Origin: Lentisphaeria bacterium
Lineage (GTDB): Bacteria > Verrucomicrobiota > Lentisphaeria > JABSQK01 > JAWLHB01
Reading direction: 5' to 3'
DNA: 64,000 bases
Assembly: GCA_041690595.1 (NCBI GenBank)
Contig: JAWLHB010000001.1
Location: forward strand, 62,001 to 126,000
The position numbers and the translations under genes are program-made. Below are positions 9,731 to 19,186 of this stretch, piece by piece. Numbering within the stretch: position 1 is the first letter of the stretch; each line of letters begins with the position of its first letter. A model generated the notes under the pieces. The model was not told the origin of the DNA and made no database searches. It worked only from the letters and a program-made list of their open reading frames with translations.

Positions 9731-12214
9731 ATGCAACACTTCTTTTCCACGATGCTGTGGCTGGTGCTTGGGACGTGGGTCATGCTGACCGGTCCTCGCG
9801 GTATCGCTGCCGAATGGATGTTCGACTCCGGGCGGGGCGGCTGGGGGTACAGTCGCGACCTCCTCAATCAACTGCCGAGTGAAGAGCTGACGATGCGGCC
9901 AGGTTCCAGATTGGTGCGCGGCGTTCGGCTGGCAGAGCTGCGGGAGATCCACCTGCGCTTTGCCTTCGGAGAGAATACCGGGCCAGGATGGCGCATTGGA
10001 TTGCGCCATGACGCGGACTATCTCGCCATCGCTGCTCGCGGTGACGGCATGCTGGCGATGACTGGCTTTGAGCCGCACTACGCTGGACCACGGTGGCGGG
10101 CGGGGCAGGAGATGGAGCTGCGTCTCAGCTTCGTCAACGAGATGCTGTCGGTAGCCTGGGCGCCGCTCAACGGGCTGCCCCGCCCCATCAAGGCCTACAC
10201 GCGTACTCTCCCGAGGGAGTGGCTGACGGGGGAGGTGGAGCTTTTCGTCGAGTACATGGAGGATGATGAGGCCGCGGGTGGAGCCATCAACTTGTCCACT
10301 ATTGTCTATTACGCTATCGGCGAGAGTATGCCGGACGAGGTGACGGTGAGTGCGACCATCGCGGAATCGCTGCTCCGTTTTGCCGCCATCCGCAATGGTG
10401 AGCTGACGCCGGCCATGACGGCTTTTGTCCGGGAGGCAAGAAAGACGGTCGCCACTGCCCACATGTTGCTCGAGCGTTTCGAGGTGCAAGCGTGGGACGG
10501 AGCCAAGTTGCTCAGAGGCGGTAAGGAATCGGAACGGCTTGACCTCGCGGCTGAATATTACACGATGCTGCAGTTCCGCGATGAGTTGCCGCCCACGCAA
10601 GTGATTGCCGCCATGCAGGAACGCAATCTGCGGCTGAGCCTCTACCTGAGCACGCGCGAAGAGCGCTTTCGGATGGCGGTGGCACGTTCGCCGCATGTCG
10701 CCACCTCGATTCTCGTTAAAGGTCAGCGACGCCCGGAGGTCGACAACCTGTTCAGCGGCGATTTCACCGAGGTGGCGGCTATCGGTACGGTACGCGCGAC
10801 GCTGGATGCCATGCGGACAGGCATTTTTACGCGCCTGATGCTCGACTCCGAGGCGATCATTCGGCCCGGCAACGATGCGTTGACACAGGCGGCAGCGGTA
10901 ATGGACGGAGTGCCGATCTACCATGAGGCGCCGGAGCTTCCTGGGGACGGGATCATGGCCGATGACGATCCAGCCTTCCAGTCCTTGCGCTGGATCTCCG
11001 CCAACAGCAGCTTTCATGTGCGCCACATGGCCATCGCGCGCCTGGCGCACCAGCTGTCGCCGCGGCTCGCGGTGACGAGCGATCCGATAGATGACTCCGG
11101 GCGGTTGGAGCAGTTCAGTGGTCTGGATAGCGTGCAGCACTGGGTGCGTATTCATTCCGCGCCACGTCATCCCCGTTCGCTTGCCTACTGGCTGGAGCGG
11201 GGCCGCGTGCACGTGCGCAATGGTTCGCCGAACAGCATCATGATCGGGCCACAGCTTGGCCGCAACGAGGTGCCCGCTCCACCGGACATGGTAAGTGAAG
11301 CCTGCTGGCTGGCGGCCGGTTTCGGCGCGCGGGGCATCACCCATTGGGGGCAGCAGGCCATTTTTCAGACGGACGGTTCCTTCCAGCCAGGTGGCGAAGC
11401 TCTCTGGCAGCGACTGATCCGGCTGCGCAATGAGCTGTATGAGCCGCACGAGGCGCTCCTGCTTCGTTGGCAGCCGACGCCGCGCCGGCTCGCCATGCTT
11501 GTCTCCAATGCCAATCTGATCACCCGAAGCGGTGGTCGCCACTCTGCCGAAAGCGCGATGGAGAATGCGTACCGAGCTATCCTTGCCACTGGTGAGCCAT
11601 GCGACATCATCTACGACCAGGAGATCCTCGACCACCATGCCTTGTCGCGCTATCGGGCAGTGATCGTTCCGGCCCTTCATGTGGCCAATCGGTCGTTGGT
11701 TGAGCGCTTGCGAGCATACGGCGAGTCTGGAGGTACCCTGATTACGCATCGCGGATCCGTACTGGATGAGGCACCGGGCGTGAAGCTGTTGGAGCAGGAA
11801 CTGGTGCCGCGTTACCGTGATTATTGGATCACGAATGGCGAACCGTCGCTCGAGCCGCACCAGTATGCCGATTTCCTCAGTCAACTGACCCGCAACCTGC
11901 GCGAGATGCTGCCGTTCACACCGGCGGTCCAGCTGGATCGCGACGACGTCGTGGCGAACCTCATGGCGGACGGCGAAAGGAGATTTCTGGTGCTGATCAA
12001 TGGCGCCCGCGACTATGGCGACTTCACGCGTGGAGCGGGGCACAGGTGGATGCTGGATGCAGGCAAGGCGACAATCGTGCGAGTGCATATGGATGGCGTA
12101 ACGCACTATAGCGACCTATCTTCCGGGAACTCGGTGGAGGCCGATATCGATGGAGTCGCCACCCTTTCGCTCCAGCCCGGCTGGGGCGCGATTCTTCAAC
12201 TCTCGCAAAAGTGA
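9731..12214 (+). CDS. Secreted hypothetical protein; putative glycoside hydrolase with beta-galactosidase-trimerisation-like C-terminal domain
   Basis: Signal-peptide-like N-terminus from ATG 9731; 'ALSRYRAVIVPALH...LRAYGESGGTLI' is a class-I GATase-like trimerisation pattern. Confidence 0.5.
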   Translation: MQHFFSTMLWLVLGTWVMLTGPRGIAAEWMFDSGRGGWGYSRDLLNQLPSEELTMRPGSRLVRGVRLAELREIHLRFAFGENTGPGWRIGLRHDADYLAIAARGDGMLAMTGFEPHYAGPRWRAGQEMELRLSFVNEMLSVAWAPLNGLPRPIKAYTRTLPREWLTGEVELFVEYMEDDEAAGGAINLSTIVYYAIGESMPDEVTVSATIAESLLRFAAIRNGELTPAMTAFVREARKTVATAHMLLERFEVQAWDGAKLLRGGKESERLDLAAEYYTMLQFRDELPPTQVIAAMQERNLRLSLYLSTREERFRMAVARSPHVATSILVKGQRRPEVDNLFSGDFTEVAAIGTVRATLDAMRTGIFTRLMLDSEAIIRPGNDALTQAAAVMDGVPIYHEAPELPGDGIMADDDPAFQSLRWISANSSFHVRHMAIARLAHQLSPRLAVTSDPIDDSGRLEQFSGLDSVQHWVRIHSAPRHPRSLAYWLERGRVHVRNGSPNSIMIGPQLGRNEVPAPPDMVSEACWLAAGFGARGITHWGQQAIFQTDGSFQPGGEALWQRLIRLRNELYEPHEALLLRWQPTPRRLAMLVSNANLITRSGGRHSAESAMENAYRAILATGEPCDIIYDQEILDHHALSRYRAVIVPALHVANRSLVERLRAYGESGGTLITHRGSVLDEAPGVKLLEQELVPRYRDYWITNGEPSLEPHQYADFLSQLTRNLREMLPFTPAVQLDRDDVVANLMADGERRFLVLINGARDYGDFTRGAGHRWMLDAGKATIVRVHMDGVTHYSDLSSGNSVEADIDGVATLSLQPGWGAILQLSQK

Positions 12215-12230
12215 TGCAGCGGAGCCTTCC

Positions 12231-13214
12231 ATGATCGTCAGCAGCCAGCCTTGTCTACCCGCTATTCATACTGAATGGATCGAATCGACCGCCGTCTATC
12301 AGGATGAGAGGGTACGCATTTTCCGCTTTGTGGCGCGCGGTGCCGAGGCGGGGCCGACGCTTACGGTTACGGCGGGTCAGCACGGGCGCGAACTCAATGG
12401 CATTGAGGCGGCGCGACGATTGATGCGCCATATCGTGGACCAACCGCTGAGTGGAACCTTGCAGATTTTCCCGATGGTCAATCCTCCTGGCATCGCGGCG
12501 GTCAGCCAGGAGGTGCCGGGCGAGAGCCAAAACCTCAACCGCATCTGGCCGGGTGATGCCGCCGGCACGGTCACGGAGCGAATCGCTGCTGCCGTCGCGC
12601 CATATGTGGCCGGGTCGGATTACCTGATCGACATGCACGGATGGAGCGACTGGTCGGTTTGCGCCATGCTGCTCAGCGCCACCGACGGCAAAGCTGCACT
12701 GGAACTGGCGCAGTCGTTCGGATTGAGCTGCCACTACATCAATCTCAACGGCTTTCAGCCGGGGAACCTCAAGACTTTTGCCAGCCGCAACGGTGTGGTG
12801 CCGGTGGGGGTGGAGCTGACGCCGCAATGGCGGCTCAATCCGCGGCATGTGGATCGCGGTTTTGACGGCCTGCTCGGTTCCTTACGTCATCTGGGCATGT
12901 TGCCGGGCATATCATCTCCGGCGGAGGTGCGCTACTTTTATGACGGCGAGACGGAGCACGTCGATATGATCGCCGAAGCGCCCGGCCTTTATGTGCAGGA
13001 GTCGTCGGCCGGAAAGTGGGTAGATACGGGCGAATTGTTAGGTTATCTTTACGGCCTCGACTCACTTGACCTGCTACGCGAGGTGAGGGCGCCATGCGCG
13101 GGACTGCTGGTCAACAATGGGCCCTGTCTCGCGAGCGGGATTGAATCCAACATTGTCCCCACCGGCGCCATGCTTGCGCAAGTGTGGCAGGCAAGGAGAA
13201 TCACCAATGATTAA
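12231..13214 (+). CDS. Succinylglutamate desuccinylase/aspartoacylase family (M14 zinc hydrolase)
   Basis: 'AGQHGRELNG' (HxxE), 'NLNRIWPG', 'IDMHG', and a C-terminal barrel-sandwich 'VRAPCAGLL'. Confidence 0.85.
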   Translation: MIVSSQPCLPAIHTEWIESTAVYQDERVRIFRFVARGAEAGPTLTVTAGQHGRELNGIEAARRLMRHIVDQPLSGTLQIFPMVNPPGIAAVSQEVPGESQNLNRIWPGDAAGTVTERIAAAVAPYVAGSDYLIDMHGWSDWSVCAMLLSATDGKAALELAQSFGLSCHYINLNGFQPGNLKTFASRNGVVPVGVELTPQWRLNPRHVDRGFDGLLGSLRHLGMLPGISSPAEVRYFYDGETEHVDMIAEAPGLYVQESSAGKWVDTGELLGYLYGLDSLDLLREVRAPCAGLLVNNGPCLASGIESNIVPTGAMLAQVWQARRITND

Positions 13215-15909
13215 GGCCATCATACTCCTCATGACCCTCTTCTCCGCCCTGAGTCTATTTGGCAACGAGTGGCAGACCATCGTCCTCGACGGCAGCTCGC
13301 TCGATCCGTGTACGGAAGCTGACCATGTGAACGTGGTGCAGGGGGCGGGCCCTGACGGCGGGGCAGCCATCGTCTTTGATAACGATGCGGGCTCCACCGG
13401 TTATCTCGAAGTGGATCTCGCCAAGCTCGGCATCGACCCAGCCGGCTATGACCAGCTTCGCTTCGACCTCTATCTGGAGAACGCACTGGTCAATATCCAT
13501 ACGGTGCTCTGGGGATGGTCAGACGATGAGACGGTTCGCAGCTGGTACTTCAAGCGGGAGCCGCGCATCAACGCGTGGGACCATGTTGTCTACAGTCTGG
13601 AGCTCGATGACGATGGGAGCGACAACCACCACACGGGACCGCGACGACTGCTCGCCTTCCGCTTTCAGGCGGACAAGAACTACCCGCTGCCTGCAGGCGA
13701 ACGCGCCATTGCCCGCATTGCCAATGTGCGGCTGGTGACGGCGCCGGTGACGCTCACGCTCGACCCGAGTCAGGTGCGCCTGGCGGAACGGGATGGCGCT
13801 TGGGCGATGCATCACCCCTTGGTGCTCCGCAATCAGACGGACAAACCGCTGACTGCCCGGCTGGAGGTGCTGCCTGAAACCCTGGCAGCGTTCACGCCGG
13901 ATCCGGCGGTGAAGAGCGTGTCGCTGAGCCCCGCCGGCAGCGTAACGGTGACCATGACGCTGCGCTGTACCGCCGAGGCCGCGGAGAAGTTGCCCCCTGG
14001 CATCGTCGAGCGCGCCGGCATCGTCGCCATCGTGCCCGAGCTTTCCGGCTTTCGCGCCGTCACGGTGCGCGGGTATCGGCCGCAAGATCTCTTCGGCATG
14101 ACGCCCCCCAGGCTCAGCCGCGACTGGCGGAATCTGGTTTCCGAAATCGAGCCAAGCCGAATGGAGAAACTGCGTACGCGTCTCGACTGGCGCTATGCTG
14201 CTCAGGATGTGAGTGTGCTGCCACGCTACTCTGATCACTTTCGCTGCAAGACGTGCAAGTTCCGCCTGGACGCTCGCAATCTCACCACCTACTACTGCCA
14301 TAACAAAGAGTGCACGGCGTTCCAGCAGGAGTTCACCGTGACCCAAGAGGAGCCGCTCTTCGCCTCGTACCTGGGCATCTACCACACGCAGAATGCGGAG
14401 CTGGCGCGCGATCTGGCTGCCGCCCACGTACAGAGCGGCGACCCAGCCTTTGCGGAGACGGCAATCCGTATCCTCACCACCTACGCCAACGTCCTGCCCG
14501 ACCTGCCGATGGTCTCCGCGCTGAGTACCGGCTACCATTCGCGTTTGACCAGTGCCGTGCTCTTTGAGAAGGAGATCCTCGAACCTTTCGCCGAAGCTGT
14601 GCTCTTGCTGCAGCATCTGGATGATTTGCCCCAGGAGTTGGTGCGGCGAGATTTGCTCACACCGCTCCTGCACGAGGTCAACCTGCATTACTATGGTACC
14701 TCCGCCGGACAGGTGGGCATCCTCAAGGCTCAGTTCAAGGCGGCCATCGCGGCGGATCAGCCGTGGTATCTGGCTGACGCCCTTGGCGGCGATGCCGGGG
14801 TACAGACCATTCTCGCGCGTACCTTTACCCGCGATGGCATCGGCGTGGAAGGAGGCGCCTATGCGCTGGTTGCCGCGGACAGGATCGGGGACCTGGCCGA
14901 CTTCCTTGCCAGTGTCGGCGTGCAGCTCGACCGCGAGCGGCTGGCGAAAATCAAGCGCCACACCAGCGCCATGTTCGACCGGCGAGAACCGGAAGACTCG
15001 CTTGTCCTGCCCGACACCGGTTTGACGATTCTGGTTACCGGCGATGGCGAGGGGCGCCGCAAGCTGACCGTCAATTGGGGCAGCAGTCGCGGCCGAGCAG
15101 AGTATGACCAGCTCAGCTACGAGGTCGATGACCTTCACGGCCCGTTGATCGACCAGGTGGGCCGTATCGCCTACGGCAACGAGATGAGCTTTCTGATGTA
15201 TACGACACTTGCTCACAACGTGCCCGTGGTCGACGAACAGAACATCACCGTCGAGCCCCTCCGGCAGCTGGCGTTCCTGAGCAAGGATAGTTTCGCCGCA
15301 TGCCTGTTGAGCGACAGCGAAGCGACTCCCGCTTATCCGGGTGTCCGCCTCCAGCGCGCATTCGTGCAGAGCGGCCCCTACCTGCTCGTGCTGGACCGCA
15401 TCCAGTCGGTTCGTCCGGTGACGGTCGACTTGCCCTTCTACGTATCCGGCGCGCTCGAGTTGAAAGAGCCTGCCTCGCCGCGCCCGGAAGCACTGGGCGA
15501 AAGCGATGCCTATCGTCTCGTCCACGACATGCGGCAGACGGGCAGCCTCGAGCGTGTGCAGGCAACATGGAGTGGTGCCGGTAAGTTGCCCAGCACCGCG
15601 GAGGTGACGGTGGTGAGCAGCATGCCCTTCGCCGCCATTGCCGGTCGCATCCCGGCTGGATGGACCGGCAAGATTCGCGACCTGCTGGTGGTTCGCCAGC
15701 AGCTCCACGGCGTGGTCACCACGGCCACGCTCTACACGATCTGGCGCGGCGCCGATGCTCCCGGCACGGCACGCGTCGCCGCCGATGCTCCCGGCACGGC
15801 ACGCGTCGCCGCCGATGGCGACGGCTGGTTGCTGGAGCTACCGGAAACAACCTACCACATCGCCATCGCGCCCGATTCGCCGACGCCCCTGCTCATCATG
15901 CCACGATAA
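13207..15909 (+). CDS. Secreted heparinase II/III-like (polysaccharide lyase-like) multidomain protein
   Basis: Signal peptide; N-terminal beta-sandwich region; helical region 'GDPAFAETAIRILTTYA', 'DGIGVEGGAY'; Hep II/III-type 'TTLAHNVPVVDEQN'. Confidence 0.6.
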   Translation: MIKAIILLMTLFSALSLFGNEWQTIVLDGSSLDPCTEADHVNVVQGAGPDGGAAIVFDNDAGSTGYLEVDLAKLGIDPAGYDQLRFDLYLENALVNIHTVLWGWSDDETVRSWYFKREPRINAWDHVVYSLELDDDGSDNHHTGPRRLLAFRFQADKNYPLPAGERAIARIANVRLVTAPVTLTLDPSQVRLAERDGAWAMHHPLVLRNQTDKPLTARLEVLPETLAAFTPDPAVKSVSLSPAGSVTVTMTLRCTAEAAEKLPPGIVERAGIVAIVPELSGFRAVTVRGYRPQDLFGMTPPRLSRDWRNLVSEIEPSRMEKLRTRLDWRYAAQDVSVLPRYSDHFRCKTCKFRLDARNLTTYYCHNKECTAFQQEFTVTQEEPLFASYLGIYHTQNAELARDLAAAHVQSGDPAFAETAIRILTTYANVLPDLPMVSALSTGYHSRLTSAVLFEKEILEPFAEAVLLLQHLDDLPQELVRRDLLTPLLHEVNLHYYGTSAGQVGILKAQFKAAIAADQPWYLADALGGDAGVQTILARTFTRDGIGVEGGAYALVAADRIGDLADFLASVGVQLDRERLAKIKRHTSAMFDRREPEDSLVLPDTGLTILVTGDGEGRRKLTVNWGSSRGRAEYDQLSYEVDDLHGPLIDQVGRIAYGNEMSFLMYTTLAHNVPVVDEQNITVEPLRQLAFLSKDSFAACLLSDSEATPAYPGVRLQRAFVQSGPYLLVLDRIQSVRPVTVDLPFYVSGALELKEPASPRPEALGESDAYRLVHDMRQTGSLERVQATWSGAGKLPSTAEVTVVSSMPFAAIAGRIPAGWTGKIRDLLVVRQQLHGVVTTATLYTIWRGADAPGTARVAADAPGTARVAADGDGWLLELPETTYHIAIAPDSPTPLLIMPR
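15751..15817 (+). repeat. Perfect 30-bp tandem duplication inside a CDS
   Basis: GCCGATGCTCCCGGCACGGCACGCGTCGCC x2 plus GCCGATG, encoding ADAPGTARVA twice. Confidence 0.95.
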
Positions 15910-15928
15910 GCATGAGCCGTGGCGCGCG

Positions 15929-17842
15929 TCAAGCGCCGGCGTTGGAGTCGAAGATGGGCAGGTTGCCGCGCGGTTGCGGCTCGAAATCATGGACCTTGGT
16001 GGCGGGATAGAGGCGTTCGTAATCCTGCCAGTGATCGAGCATGATATCGAGCTTGTGCCGCAGGGCGCCGACGACATCCGGTCCCAGAAGGAAGACGCTT
16101 TCCTCGTCGGCGTTCGCGGCATGTTCGATGACGGGCAGCGGCTGGCTCTCGATGAGGCGTATAAGCTCGGCGGTATTGTCGAGTTCTTCGCGGGCGATCT
16201 TACGGAAGGTCAGGGCGCGCTGATCGTAAACGATGTTGTCGTCGTAGTCCGTCTGGTTAGGCCCGTAGAGTGGCTGGCTGGCGGTATCGAGGGCATACTT
16301 GTACATGATGCAGTTGCGGGCATTCGCGGCCAGGCAGGCGAGGGTACCAACGCGGGCGGCAAGGAGCGAGACGCGGGCGGCCGCTTCAGCGTCCAGCTCT
16401 TTCGCGAGGCGATCGAGCCTGGACTGGACCCCCTGGAGGGTGGAGATGGCCTCATGCAGGCACCAACGGGACATCCAGGTGACGGATTCGCCATTGAAGA
16501 CGGACTTGCCCAGGACCATGCCGAAGTCGGCGTCGTCCTTCTGGTCCCCTGGCGAGAAGACGAAGTCGCGGTAATGACGGCTCTCCTCACGGGTGAGCTT
16601 GTGGGGCTCGGGGACGAGGGGGCGCAGGAGCCAGCGCATGCTGACGGTACAGAAGTTGAAAATGTGGCCAAAGCCTTTCTGGCGGATCTGCTGGGTGGCA
16701 TGTATGGCGGTCTGGATCTGTGTCCATGCGGAGATGATGGTCTCGGCATGGGCGGGATTGCCACAGAAGGTGGCGGCCGCATCGAGGATCGCTTCGGTGT
16801 GTTCGCGCAGGCCCGCTTCCGGATGGCGGAAATAGCAGTCGAGGAGCTCGCGAGCGGTGTCGAGGGTGCAGGAATGGATGCCGATGGAGGCGCGGGTGCT
16901 GTCGTTGGCGGGATTGTTGTAGACCTGCTGGAGACCCTTGAGGAAGTCGGCTGGACTGGCAAGGCCGATGGCGGGGTAGGGAAACGACCAGAGCCCTCCG
17001 CCGAAGCTGGCGGAGGCGCCGCCCATCTGTTCGCCGACGCTGTTGGCGCCGCTGATGAAGAGGCCGCTTGGCAGCTTTTCGCGTACGGATGCGCGCAGTT
17101 CGGGCGGGAAACCGGAGCTGTAGATGTTGAAACGAACCTCCGCACCAGCTTCGCGCGCGCCTTGTTGGAGCGTCTTCATCCAGTTCGCGAGCCGCTCGCC
17201 GCCGTCACGCGTGCGGTATTTGACGGGGCCATTCATGCCGGGATAGATGCAGGGCGTCCAGGCGATGCCCCCTCCGGAATCGTTGCTGAGAAACTGGAAC
17301 GAGTCGACTTCGGGGAAGAGGGTGGAGAACTCCTTCATGCCGCGGCGATAGAGATCGAGAACCTCGGGCTCGTCAATGGAGGGCGCAAAATAGGGGCGCA
17401 GGGCGATACGCGCAAGCTCGCACTGGGCGCCGCGCCAATGTGGATGCGCGCGGTACACTTCCTCCGGCAGCCAGAGCGGCTCCACAGCATGGCAGATGCC
17501 TTTCAGCCCAAGGGGCCGCATGATTTCGAGCTGCTTGTGGAGATGCTCCTGGCACCACTTGGCATGGTCACCGGCGACCCAGGGTTGCAGTTCTGGAGGG
17601 GGACAGACGCGGAGAATGGCCGTGGTCGTGTTGCACCACGCGGCGTAAGGATCTTCATTGTCGGGCAGAATCCAGGAACCATGGCGATAGGGGAAGTTTC
17701 CGATCACCAGGTGAGTGCCGCCATAGTCGGCCGCCAGCTCGGCCAGGCGGCGGAAATCGTCCCACGAGCTGTGGGAGGCCTGCCCCTCGTTGAAGCCGAA
17801 TACCAGTTGTCGATTCCCAAGTCGTTCGCGTGCCTGATGCAT
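15929..17842 (-). CDS. Hypothetical cytoplasmic protein, possible TIM-barrel glycoside-hydrolase-like
   Basis: 637-aa ORF with AGGAG RBS, directly downstream of GntR; no family motif recognised with certainty. Confidence 0.6.
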   Translation of the reverse strand: MHQARERLGNRQLVFGFNEGQASHSSWDDFRRLAELAADYGGTHLVIGNFPYRHGSWILPDNEDPYAAWCNTTTAILRVCPPPELQPWVAGDHAKWCQEHLHKQLEIMRPLGLKGICHAVEPLWLPEEVYRAHPHWRGAQCELARIALRPYFAPSIDEPEVLDLYRRGMKEFSTLFPEVDSFQFLSNDSGGGIAWTPCIYPGMNGPVKYRTRDGGERLANWMKTLQQGAREAGAEVRFNIYSSGFPPELRASVREKLPSGLFISGANSVGEQMGGASASFGGGLWSFPYPAIGLASPADFLKGLQQVYNNPANDSTRASIGIHSCTLDTARELLDCYFRHPEAGLREHTEAILDAAATFCGNPAHAETIISAWTQIQTAIHATQQIRQKGFGHIFNFCTVSMRWLLRPLVPEPHKLTREESRHYRDFVFSPGDQKDDADFGMVLGKSVFNGESVTWMSRWCLHEAISTLQGVQSRLDRLAKELDAEAAARVSLLAARVGTLACLAANARNCIMYKYALDTASQPLYGPNQTDYDDNIVYDQRALTFRKIAREELDNTAELIRLIESQPLPVIEHAANADEESVFLLGPDVVGALRHKLDIMLDHWQDYERLYPATKVHDFEPQPRGNLPIFDSNAGA

Positions 17843-17865
17843 GACTGCCCTTCTCCTGTTGTGAG

Positions 17866-18993
17866 TCAACTGCCTACTTCAAGTTGTCCAAATAGCGTTA
17901 TTTGCCGGCGCGTGAGGCCGGGTCTGGCGATCTGCTGGTGCATGAGCGATGCGAGTGCCTGCCCTTGGGCAAAGCCGTCCGCGACCAGGCAATCGATGGG
18001 CCAGGGCGCCTGAAGGCGGCTTTCGCGGTTGGTCAAAGTGAGGAGCAGATAGTCCTCGGGGACGCTCTTGCCAAGCTCCTGCAGTGCATCGATCACGCCC
18101 TGTGCCTCGAAGTCGCTGCCAACGAGTATGGCGTTATAGCCTTCGCCCTTGCTGCCCAGAGCGGCCATGCTCGCATCATAGGCGTGACGGACAACCGAGG
18201 AGAGAGTGCGGACATTGTTGGTGTTGCGCTGGATGCGCAGGAAGGGAAGGGGCAGTTCGGCCGCGCGCGCCGCTGCTGCCGCGGACTGCTGAATCCACTC
18301 GTCGGAAAAGACGCTCACGGTCCAGATTCGGGAGGCGCCGCGTCGCAGTAGGTGCAGGAATCCACGCATGAGTTCCTCCCGCCAGTTGTAGGCGACGAAG
18401 GGGAAGCGATCGCTCACTTCCATACTGACGATGGGGCACTGGGTGGCCCAGTCGCTGTCAGGTGGCACCATCCAGTCGCGGAGAATCATGCCGGCAAACT
18501 CGGGATGCTGGCCCACAAGTTGAGCAATGCTTTCGACGTTGAAGCCATAGGAGGGCGTGCCGAGATCGGCACCGTTGGTGGTCTGCATCGTATTCGGTTC
18601 CCAGGTTGCCCAACCTAGTTGGCCCAGTCCGGTACGGATGCCGCTCAGGCGTTCGGAAAAGAAGGGATGATAGGTATAGCTTTGCACCTGGGGGAGAATG
18701 GCAACCGTGTCGCGCCGCTGCTGCGGACGGGGTGGCACCGAGGGTGATTCGGCCGGCTTTCCGCTGACGTAGGTGCCGCTCCCCTGACGGCGGGTCAACA
18801 GTCCTTCCTCCACCAGGATCTCGATGCCGCGACGTACGGACGTGACGCTGATGCCATAGTCCTTGCTCAAGGCAACTTCGCCGGCGACCCGATCGCCCAT
18901 GGCCAGCTTGTTGCCCGCAATCGCCTCGCGCAGTTCCTGCACCATGGTGCTGTAGGCAAAGCGGGAGCGGAGTCGGCGGGTGGAGCTATCCAT
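17866..18993 (-). CDS. GntR-family regulator with LacI-like effector domain
   Basis: 'GDRVAGEVALSKDYGISVTSVRRGI..LVEEGLLTRRQGSGTYV'; C-terminal 'GKSVPEDY'. Confidence 0.9.
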   Translation of the reverse strand: MDSSTRRLRSRFAYSTMVQELREAIAGNKLAMGDRVAGEVALSKDYGISVTSVRRGIEILVEEGLLTRRQGSGTYVSGKPAESPSVPPRPQQRRDTVAILPQVQSYTYHPFFSERLSGIRTGLGQLGWATWEPNTMQTTNGADLGTPSYGFNVESIAQLVGQHPEFAGMILRDWMVPPDSDWATQCPIVSMEVSDRFPFVAYNWREELMRGFLHLLRRGASRIWTVSVFSDEWIQQSAAAAARAAELPLPFLRIQRNTNNVRTLSSVVRHAYDASMAALGSKGEGYNAILVGSDFEAQGVIDALQELGKSVPEDYLLLTLTNRESRLQAPWPIDCLVADGFAQGQALASLMHQQIARPGLTRRQITLFGQLEVGS

Positions 18994-19046
18994 GGGGGAT
19001 ACCTGCTGTTGTCAATTGCGATTGAGCCACGATGATACTTTTGTCT

Positions 19047-19074
19047 ACGGTACCCAAAAGCACAGCGGTGTCAA
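19047..19074 (-). promoter_or_regulatory. Putative sigma70 promoter of the leftward GntR
   Basis: Minus strand TTGACA(19074-19069)-16 bp-TACCGT(19052-19047), with an AT-rich tract upstream. Confidence 0.4.
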
Positions 19075-19138
19075 TCTACAATATATAGAAATTTAAACGT
19101 TCTCCCCAACGTGCCGGGGGATGGCTTTCACTTTTGGC

Positions 19139-19171
19139 TTGCATGGTGGATTCGGAAATTGTATAATACAA
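19139..19171 (+). promoter_or_regulatory. Near-consensus sigma70 promoter with overlapping GntR-type palindrome
   Basis: TTGCAT(19139-19144)-17 bp-TATAAT(19162-19167); palindrome TTGTAT-A-ATACAA (19159-19171) covers the -10. Confidence 0.75.
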
Positions 19172-19186
19172 AGGAACAGGAGCTTT

